Assembly (NCBI GenBank): GCA_965228855.1
Contig: CBDDIJ010000005.1
Location: 928,001 to 992,000, forward strand
Length of the DNA: 64,000 nucleotides
Source of the DNA: Candidatus Obscuribacterales bacterium
Lineage (GTDB): Bacteria; Cyanobacteriota; Vampirovibrionia; Obscuribacterales; Obscuribacteraceae
Direction: 5' to 3'
In this document: one piece after another, positions 57,366 to 64,000 of the stretch
Position numbering within the stretch: the first letter of the stretch is position 1
Layout: each line of letters begins with the position of its first letter
Program-made: the position numbers and the translations under genes
Notes under the pieces: generated by a model
The model's database searches: none
Told to the model about the DNA's origin: nothing
Seen by the model: only the letters and a program-made list of their open reading frames with translations

Positions 57366-58604
57366 CTACGTATGTGCCAGCACCCGAGCCACGCGCTGAT
57401 TGCTAGTCATCAAAGTCTCGAAGGTGGCTGCCGCCATGCCGTCCAGTGCTGTTTCGCCCAGGCGTTTCTCAAGGGAGCGCACCGCCGCTGCGACGTCGAG
57501 GTAACTTACCTGCTCTACGCCACGCATTTTTGCGATCGCTTTCGATTGAAGTTTAACGAGACCGTAAACAATAGCGAGATGGTTGAAGCCAGTAACGAGC
57601 GACAATTGACCCAAACCGGCACCAAAATAATGCTTTCCAAAAATGCGAGAAAAGAAATACCTATATATAAGATCTTCGACTTCCTTGTCGTCGTTGGACG
57701 GAAAGGGCATGCGTTCTAGTTCTTCAAAGCCGTAGCTCTTTCCTGGAACTCGAATTTTGATGCCGCCCATCAAACCACCAAAGCAGCATTGATACAAAAA
57801 CCGATAAAAGTTGAAGTCACTCTCACCGCGACCGAGCTGCTGAACCGGGAAATAGATTTTGTGCAAAGCGACCAACAATTGTCTGTCGAGTCCTTTCAAT
57901 GCGCCGGCGCCTTCCAGTTTTGCAACAACAGGCGCGACTCCCGTGCCGCGAGCCTCTGAAACAGCCACTTTCAGATAGTTAGCACCATTCACGAAACGCT
58001 GGTCCATCGAGATGCTTCTATCCTTTATATAGGAAAGCAACTTTTCCTCGTGACCGAGATATTGCTCCCATGTCATCGGAATCCCTGTCGACAACTGGAT
58101 CTGCGACCAGTTTGGTTCATGATCGGGATACATCGACTTGAACTCGGCCAGTTTACTTTCAAGATAATCTCGCTGTTCGACGAGCGCTCTACCGGAGTTG
58201 TTTACGGCTGCCATGCTGTAGAAGCTGATGGTTGCGTAGGTTCCGCTGGGCGTCTTATTGAATGAGTAGGGAAACAGCTGGCAGATTGAAGGTTTTGTTT
58301 TCGATTCGAACGTGCTGTGGATAAAACATAAATTGTTGACCAGGAAGGGGCAGTGTCCATCAGCACCTTCTTTAATTGCATGAGTGTATGGCGAGTTGGC
58401 ACTCTCGTAATCCTTCATCTCACGGAACAAGCTCTTGCCGAAAAACTTTTCCGGAAATTTGCCGGCCCAATCGATATCCGAGATGCGGAAATAATCTTCT
58501 TCCGTAAGCGGAACGGACCAACCGCCGCAGCACTTGCCGCATCCGGTACATTCGTAATTCAATCCTTCCGGGATATGTAACTTATCGGAAGCTCCCGTTG
58601 TCAT
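57366..58604 (-). CDS. YkgJ/FliB-like CxxCxxCC cysteine-cluster protein
   Basis: YECTGCGKCCGGW, CPFL...LCFIH...KPSICQLFPY; start MTTGAS at 58604 with GGAGGA RBS. Confidence 0.8.
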   Translation of the reverse strand: MTTGASDKLHIPEGLNYECTGCGKCCGGWSVPLTEEDYFRISDIDWAGKFPEKFFGKSLFREMKDYESANSPYTHAIKEGADGHCPFLVNNLCFIHSTFESKTKPSICQLFPYSFNKTPSGTYATISFYSMAAVNNSGRALVEQRDYLESKLAEFKSMYPDHEPNWSQIQLSTGIPMTWEQYLGHEEKLLSYIKDRSISMDQRFVNGANYLKVAVSEARGTGVAPVVAKLEGAGALKGLDRQLLVALHKIYFPVQQLGRGESDFNFYRFLYQCCFGGLMGGIKIRVPGKSYGFEELERMPFPSNDDKEVEDLIYRYFFSRIFGKHYFGAGLGQLSLVTGFNHLAIVYGLVKLQSKAIAKMRGVEQVSYLDVAAAVRSLEKRLGETALDGMAAATFETLMTSNQRVARVLAHT

Positions 58605-58677
58605 AAGTCCTCCAGGGACATCTACCACTTTATGCTTACCCAGAATGCATGTTTTGCCTTCGGTGCGCAAACTGTGA

Positions 58678-58780
58678 CTGAGAACGTTGCACGATAGGGT
58701 TGGCATGCGGACGCCGGCTGTGAACGTTCCACGGTCGGGTTGGCATGCGGACGCTGGCTGTGAACGTTGGCATGTCGACG
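58678..58780. repeat. 40-bp imperfect tandem repeat (2 full units + 1 internally deleted unit)
   Basis: ctgWgaacgttScacgRtMgggttggcatgcggacgcYgg at 58678 and 58718; partial unit at 58758. Confidence 0.85.
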
Positions 58781-58887
58781 AAAGCGTTTCGGATTTCGGC
58801 AAAGAACTGTAATTGTATTCTTGCGCGCAAGGGGCTTTTCGATGAGCCGGTGATAATATAGGCAAAACTTATGGGGGACCAACACTC

Positions 58888-60090
58888 ATGTCAAAGACTG
58901 TCGAGTACGCGCAATCCAAAGCCTCCGATCCATTCTCGATCGGAAGAGGGAAGCCATCACGCCGGGCTTACGGATTCGATGAAGTCGCTCTGGTCCCTGG
59001 CTCTCGAACCTTAGACCCTGAGCTGTGCGACACCAGCGTTGAGCTCGCCGGAAATAAGCTTGAGCTGCCCATCATCGCAAGCGCTATGGACAGCGTTGTC
59101 GACGTGAAATTTGCTGGACTCATGGGAAAACATGGCGGTCTGGGCGTTTTGAACCTTCAAGGCATTCAGACACGATACGAAGACTGCGATGCGATTTACG
59201 CAGAAATCACTTCCGGAGACAAAAACCAATTCGTTGAAGTGATGCAGAAGCTCTATTCAAGCCCCGTTAAGGATGAGCTCGTAGCAAAGCGCATTCAAGA
59301 AATCAAGAAACAAGGTGTTATCGCCGCAGCATCCGTTACTCCAAACATGGCGGAGAAGTACGGCAAAATTGCTGTTGAAGCGGGTCTCGACATTCTCTTC
59401 GTTCAGTCGACAGTAACCGGTATAGAGCACAGAAGCGCATCAGGCAATGCCGGCTTGGACCTTGCGAAATTCTGTAAGTCAATCGGAGTACCGGTTGTAG
59501 TGGGCAATTGCGTCGCCTACGACACCGCACTGGAGTTGATGGACACAGGCGTCGCGGGAATTCTAGTGGGCGTCGGTCCGGGTGCCGCTTGCACATCTCG
59601 AGGAGTTCTCGGCATCGGAGTTCCGATGGCTACGGCAATCGCTGATTGCGCAGGCGCAGCACAAGAATATGCACAACGCAAAGGACGCGCGCCGCTTCTC
59701 ATCGCAGACGGTGGCATGGTCACTTCGGGCGACGTTTGCAAAGCCATCGCATGTGGTGCCGATGCGGTCATGATCGGTTCACCGCTGGCCAAAGCTGTCG
59801 AGTCTCCCGGTCGCGGTTTCCACTGGGGTATGGCGACGCCGAGTCCTGTGCTACCGCGGGGTACAAGAATCAAGGTCGGAACAACTGTGACAATCGAACA
59901 GATTCTCAGAGGTCCTGCGCACGTTGACGATGGAACTCAGAATTTCCACGGCGCGTTGCAAACAAGTATGGGAACACTCGGAGCGGCCAATCTTCAAGAG
60001 ATGCGGGAAGTCGAAGTTGTGATCGCCCCGTCGATTTTGACGGAAGGCAAAGTCTATCAAACCGCTCAACAACTGGGCATGGGCAGATAG
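58888..60090 (+). CDS. guaB: GuaB3-family IMP dehydrogenase-related protein (no CBS domains)
   Basis: RAYGFDEVALVP, ASAMDSV, GVGPGAACTSR, IADGG, HWGMATP; cyanobacterial type. Confidence 0.9.
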   Translation: MSKTVEYAQSKASDPFSIGRGKPSRRAYGFDEVALVPGSRTLDPELCDTSVELAGNKLELPIIASAMDSVVDVKFAGLMGKHGGLGVLNLQGIQTRYEDCDAIYAEITSGDKNQFVEVMQKLYSSPVKDELVAKRIQEIKKQGVIAAASVTPNMAEKYGKIAVEAGLDILFVQSTVTGIEHRSASGNAGLDLAKFCKSIGVPVVVGNCVAYDTALELMDTGVAGILVGVGPGAACTSRGVLGIGVPMATAIADCAGAAQEYAQRKGRAPLLIADGGMVTSGDVCKAIACGADAVMIGSPLAKAVESPGRGFHWGMATPSPVLPRGTRIKVGTTVTIEQILRGPAHVDDGTQNFHGALQTSMGTLGAANLQEMREVEVVIAPSILTEGKVYQTAQQLGMGR

Positions 60091-60170
60091 GCAGACAAAC
60101 GCATAACGCGATAATATATTGAATTGACACTTGGCGAAGTCTTCAGCTAACGAATACGGGAGTTAGTTCA

Positions 60171-61538
60171 ATGTTTAACAGGAAGGGAATCGTCGCTCTA
60201 GGCGCGTGCATCCTCGTTTCAGGTCTGAGCATTTTCGGGGGGCGGCAAGCCTCGGAAGTTTTCGCGAAAACTAACGGTGGAGCAGAAACGGGCTCCAGGT
60301 CGAACATCGCTGAGAAAAGATCTTCAGAAACGAGCATCGCGGACAGCCGCGCTAAGACGATCTCCACCGACACGAGCATCGCGGACAGCCGTGCTAGGAA
60401 AAGCTCCACCGAAACGAGCATCGCGGACAGCCGCGCCATCCAAACAAGCAGAGCGGGCAGATTGCTTGCAGCGCTTCCGGACGATGGCGGAAATACTTTG
60501 CTGTTTCAGGGAAACAGAATCGCAGATATCGCTGAGCAAGCGGCTCCGGCAGTAGTAAACATCGAAATAGAGAAGCCTGGTATCGGCGGAATGCAGGCAA
60601 TGATGCCGTTTACGCAAGGCGGAATGCGTTTCTTCTTCAACAACAAGGAAATAGATCCGGAGAGATTCAATGCGGGAATTAAACCGAGCCGACAAACGGG
60701 CTCCGGCTTTGTCGTCCGCTCCGACGGCTACATTCTCACAAACGCCCACGTAGTCAAAGGCGCAAAGCGAATCGAAGTGACGATGAACGACGGAAGGAAT
60801 GTGCTTGCCACCATGGTTGGTATCGACACATTTTCGGATCTTGCGGTCTTGAAGATTGACGCAAAAGACTTGCCTACGCTTAAGATGGGTTCGTCGGCGA
60901 CCCTCCGCCCCGGCGAGTTCGCCATTGCGATTGGCAGCCCGCTCGGTTATGACCATACAGTGACACTAGGGATAGTATCAGCAGTCGGTAGAAGTGTTTA
61001 CGACATCAATGAAAACATCAACTTCATTCAAACAGACGCAGCCATCAACACAGGCAACTCCGGTGGACCTCTGTTGAACTTGAAGGGCGAGGTTATCGGG
61101 GTCAATACAGCGGTGGTCAAAGGTCTGGTGGCTCAGAACATCGGCTTCTCAATTCCGGTCGACATCGCCAAGTCAGTCTGCGACGACTTGATCGCGCACA
61201 AGAAGATTACTCGTCCGTGGCTCGGGGTCTCGATGAAAGAACTTTCGGAATCGATGACAAAGAGTCTGGGACTGGCTGATGGAACGCGCGGCGTGTTCGT
61301 CGTTGATGTGTTCCCCGATAGTCCGGCTGAGCGCGCAGGTTTCAAACGCCAGGACATAATTCAGAAGATTGATGGAAAGGATATTACATCTAGAAAGGAC
61401 GTGCGCGACTATGTGCGTTCTCGAAAAATCGAAGATACCCTCAATTTCTTCGTACTGAGAGGGAAAACTAACGAGGCACTACCAGTTCAACTCGGCGAGT
61501 ATCCGGAGCAACCGGAAATAACGCCGGGCGAGGAATAA
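60171..61538 (+). CDS. HtrA/DegQ-family serine protease with one PDZ domain
   Basis: GSGF, TNAHVV, DLAVLKI, QTDAAINTGNSGGPL, C-terminal PDZ. Confidence 0.95.
   Translation: MFNRKGIVALGACILVSGLSIFGGRQASEVFAKTNGGAETGSRSNIAEKRSSETSIADSRAKTISTDTSIADSRARKSSTETSIADSRAIQTSRAGRLLAALPDDGGNTLLFQGNRIADIAEQAAPAVVNIEIEKPGIGGMQAMMPFTQGGMRFFFNNKEIDPERFNAGIKPSRQTGSGFVVRSDGYILTNAHVVKGAKRIEVTMNDGRNVLATMVGIDTFSDLAVLKIDAKDLPTLKMGSSATLRPGEFAIAIGSPLGYDHTVTLGIVSAVGRSVYDINENINFIQTDAAINTGNSGGPLLNLKGEVIGVNTAVVKGLVAQNIGFSIPVDIAKSVCDDLIAHKKITRPWLGVSMKELSESMTKSLGLADGTRGVFVVDVFPDSPAERAGFKRQDIIQKIDGKDITSRKDVRDYVRSRKIEDTLNFFVLRGKTNEALPVQLGEYPEQPEITPGEE
60327..60437 (+). repeat. 42-bp in-frame tandem repeat x3 ((E/D)TSIADSRA) in the HtrA N-terminal linker
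   Basis: acgagcatcgcggacagccg core occurs three times at 42-nt spacing. Confidence 0.9.
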
Positions 61539-61642
61539 CGACGGCGTCAGCGTTGCATTGTATTGACGCTGATTGATCTGGACTGGACTTGACTGGATTC
61601 GACTCGATTTGGTTAAAAGCGATCGATAACTGTTCAGAGAAA

Positions 61643-62812
61643 TCAAAAACAAGCGCGCAGGTGCTCACAAAGCTTACTGATGTCGTTCTCATTCGAAAAA
61701 TAGTGGACAGAAGCCCGCAACGCGTCCGGCAGCGGAACCGTCCTAATCATAACGTTATTTGCTTCTAGCTCTGCTGCAATTTGAGCATGCGTTTTGGCAC
61801 CACGCACCGCAAATGATACCAAGCCCGAGGACGCATCAGCAGGCGAATAAAAGTCGACTACACCGATGCGACCAAGCTCCGTTCGAAGCAGTCGAACGTT
61901 CTCCAATTGTTTATCGAAACGTTCCTGCGCCGAACCCCACTGCTGGTGCACGCTGATCGCGGCAGGCAAGCTCGTCCAGAGTGGAAAAGATGTGGTCGCA
62001 ACCTCGAACCGCGATGCAACCTGCTCCGCGTTGTCAGCGAAGTTCATAGAACTGCGCCAACCCACGAAAGTTTTTTCAAGCTTGGGAATGAGCTCACGCC
62101 TGATGATGAGCGCACCAACGCCTTCCGCACCACCGATCCACTTATGACCTGTGACGGTGTAAAAATCAATCGGCTCCTTCGACAAATTCATCGGAATGAC
62201 GCCAGCTGACTGCGCACCATCTACCAGAAGGAGAACTCCGGCTTTGCGGCAGACAGCCTGAATTCCGGCAAGCGGCAGCCTCCGACCAGTGTTCCAGAGA
62301 ACATGACTGAGCACCACCAGTTTCGTCTTCTCCTCTATCGAATCGCGAAACATAGCAACAATTTCGTCATCTGACATATCGACAGAGGAGCTGGAAAGCA
62401 AGATCTTCGACACGCGCAAACGCTGGCGTGTAGCCAGGTTTTGCACAGCCGCATCGACTCCGGAATGTTCGGCATCCGTAGTAACGATATGATCGTCGGG
62501 CGACCAATTGATACCCCACATTACGATATTGCATCCCTCGGTAGCATTCTGCACGAGCGCGTAGCAATCCGGGTCGCCGCCCAGCTCCGACGCAAGAGCT
62601 ACTTTCACCCGTTCACCTTCATCTGAAATCCACTTCAGAGTCTTTGCAGAGAACGGACCTTCCTTCTGAATGAACTCAAACGCATCGCGTACCGCATCCA
62701 GAGTCGCTCTCGCCATAACACCCTGTCCGCCAAAGTTCAAATATGATTTTCCGTCTAGTGCCGGGAAATTAGCACGCTGACCATCGACGAGATTCACTTT
62801 AGAAACTTCCAT
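61643..62812 (-). CDS. class V PLP enzyme, cyanobacterial L-cysteine/cystine lyase (C-DES)-like
   Basis: YLNFGGQG, SHVLWNTG, VDGAQSAG, TGHKW, VGWRS, RFEVAT. Confidence 0.88.
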   Translation of the reverse strand: MEVSKVNLVDGQRANFPALDGKSYLNFGGQGVMARATLDAVRDAFEFIQKEGPFSAKTLKWISDEGERVKVALASELGGDPDCYALVQNATEGCNIVMWGINWSPDDHIVTTDAEHSGVDAAVQNLATRQRLRVSKILLSSSSVDMSDDEIVAMFRDSIEEKTKLVVLSHVLWNTGRRLPLAGIQAVCRKAGVLLLVDGAQSAGVIPMNLSKEPIDFYTVTGHKWIGGAEGVGALIIRRELIPKLEKTFVGWRSSMNFADNAEQVASRFEVATTSFPLWTSLPAAISVHQQWGSAQERFDKQLENVRLLRTELGRIGVVDFYSPADASSGLVSFAVRGAKTHAQIAAELEANNVMIRTVPLPDALRASVHYFSNENDISKLCEHLRACF

Positions 62813-63287
62813 TGTCCTCAATTCGCATGAGAGCTAAACTACCAACGATTTTACGTTCATTATCGTAAATCGGCCGGGCTTCAATAGTCACCACCCGCGG
62901 TGACTCATATTCTGTTGGGGAGAATTTCTGCGGCGATGAAATTTCCATCGAGCGCTTCACAGGTTCTCCGCCAGTCGCTTCAAGCAAGATTGGAGTAATC
63001 AACTCCTCATCGAGCTGTTCTCGCGCGAGTTCATTCATAGCAAAAACATTGCCTTCCGAGTCCATAGCGTAGACTCCTTGCGCCATACTGTTTAGCACGA
63101 GCTGATAGCGCTGAATCTGTTCCTTAAAGTACGCGGATTGAAAACGTTCCTCCTCGATTTCTTGTTCGAGCTTGCGGACGTTTTTCTCGTACTTGAGAGC
63201 CTGTTCTTTCTGCGTCCAACGTTGCTTCTCAAGCACATCTTCCAGTTTATTCAGTTTCGATTGCAGTCTATAGGTTTCGTCTTGCAT
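62799..63287 (-). CDS. coiled-coil + PAS domain protein
   Basis: N-terminal heptads; LNSMAQGVYAMDSEG...MNELA; ARPIYDNERKIVG. Confidence 0.75.
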   Translation of the reverse strand: MQDETYRLQSKLNKLEDVLEKQRWTQKEQALKYEKNVRKLEQEIEEERFQSAYFKEQIQRYQLVLNSMAQGVYAMDSEGNVFAMNELAREQLDEELITPILLEATGGEPVKRSMEISSPQKFSPTEYESPRVVTIEARPIYDNERKIVGSLALMRIEDNGSF

Positions 63288-63528
63288 AGGTTTTAGCCGT
63301 GTCGATCGAAAAGGTCAAGGCGTTTATTCAACCGTTTTATACCACTCAAATTGTAGCTCCGAATTGGTCGATATCGCCCCGCATATACAGACACACCCCG
63401 AGCGATAAGATCCTTATAGCAATCTTAAACCTTCAGGAAATATTAAGTCGGCATGCTACCTTAAGTGGCATCTGACAGGCGAGTGTCGCCTTGTGCCTGT
63501 ACTTTTGCCGATCTCGGGAGGGTCTCTA

Positions 63529-64000
63529 ATGGCCGTTATGGAACAAAAAGAACTGCGCTGCAAAGAATGGCTAAAGCAGCCGAAGAAGCTCCTCATCAAT
63601 GGAAAATGGGTGGAGCCGAAATCCGGAAAGTATTTCAAGGTCTACAACCCGGCAACCGAAGAATTACTGTGCGAAGTTCCTGAAGCAGGAAAAGAAGACG
63701 TTGACATGGCCGTGAAAGCAGCACGTCAGAGCTTCGAAGATGGACGTTTCCACAGAAAGATGACGACCGCGCAACGCGCTCGCTGCCTCTACAAACTCGC
63801 CGACCTCATCGAGCAACACGCAGATGAACTGGCAGAACTCGAAACGCTCGATAATGGCAAACCGATCAATGAATCGAGACACGTCGACGTTGCCGCGACA
63901 ATCGAAACCTACCGCTATTATGCTGGCTGGGCTACCAAACTCGAAGGCGAAACCATCAACGCCAACAGCAACTTCTTCACCTACACGCTCCGTGAGCCTA
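63529..64000 (+). CDS. aldehyde dehydrogenase, 5' part (runs off the window)
   Basis: GGGAGG RBS; MAVMEQ...LLINGKWV...YNPATEE...DVDMAVKAARQSF...LETLDNGKP...YYAGWATKLEG. Confidence 0.93.
   Translation, partial: MAVMEQKELRCKEWLKQPKKLLINGKWVEPKSGKYFKVYNPATEELLCEVPEAGKEDVDMAVKAARQSFEDGRFHRKMTTAQRARCLYKLADLIEQHADELAELETLDNGKPINESRHVDVAATIETYRYYAGWATKLEGETINANSNFFTYTLREP

Noticed and set aside
50485..58604. RiPP/bacteriocin cluster (four precursors + ThiF + Cys-cluster enzyme)
   Set aside because: The ThiF lacks its ATP-binding loop and is separated by unrelated genes; no transporter, peptidase or immunity gene is adjacent. Not fully excluded, but the pilin model fits better.
58605..58865. 87-aa N-terminal extension of the Cys-cluster protein
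   Set aside because: Runs through a 40-bp repeat; a strong GGAGGA RBS supports the start at 58604.
61571..61612. Degenerate pentamer run (gactg/gactt/gattc) after htrA
   Set aside because: Short and imperfect; no evidence of function.

Overview
Chromosomal window from a non-photosynthetic, cyanobacteria-related bacterium. The inferred lineage is Melainabacteria/Vampirovibrionia (Obscuribacterales-like), based on cyanobacterial-type ClpC N-terminus, C-DES, GuaB3 and FtsH plus many Ser/Thr kinase, TPR, HEAT and Sel1 proteins. Core genes (ppk2, ftsH, tilS, tRNA-CAT, pyrE, GuaB3, HtrA, cysteine lyase, ALDH) are mixed with accessory genes. No CRISPR array, IS, integrase or rRNA was seen. Main highlights: (1) four monocistronic genes (53.1-56.8 kb) encode a near-identical 148-aa VirB2/TrbC-like pilin with different signal peptides. 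Each has its own sigma70 promoter and terminator, the leaders share a UUACUA motif, two spacers are strongly structured, and a FliB/YkgJ-like Cys-cluster gene lies upstream. (2) A translationally coupled pair of reciprocally defective histidine kinases: one has the ATPase but not the phospho-His, the other has the His but not the ATPase motifs. (3) An 18-bp box + N8 + -10 promoter occurs four times beside two paralogous OmpR regulators; it precedes a structured sRNA candidate and a family of signal-less proteins. (4) Also a 6S-like RNA candidate, a DUF1348 pseudogene, and a degenerate ThiF/MoeB with an apparent ATC start.
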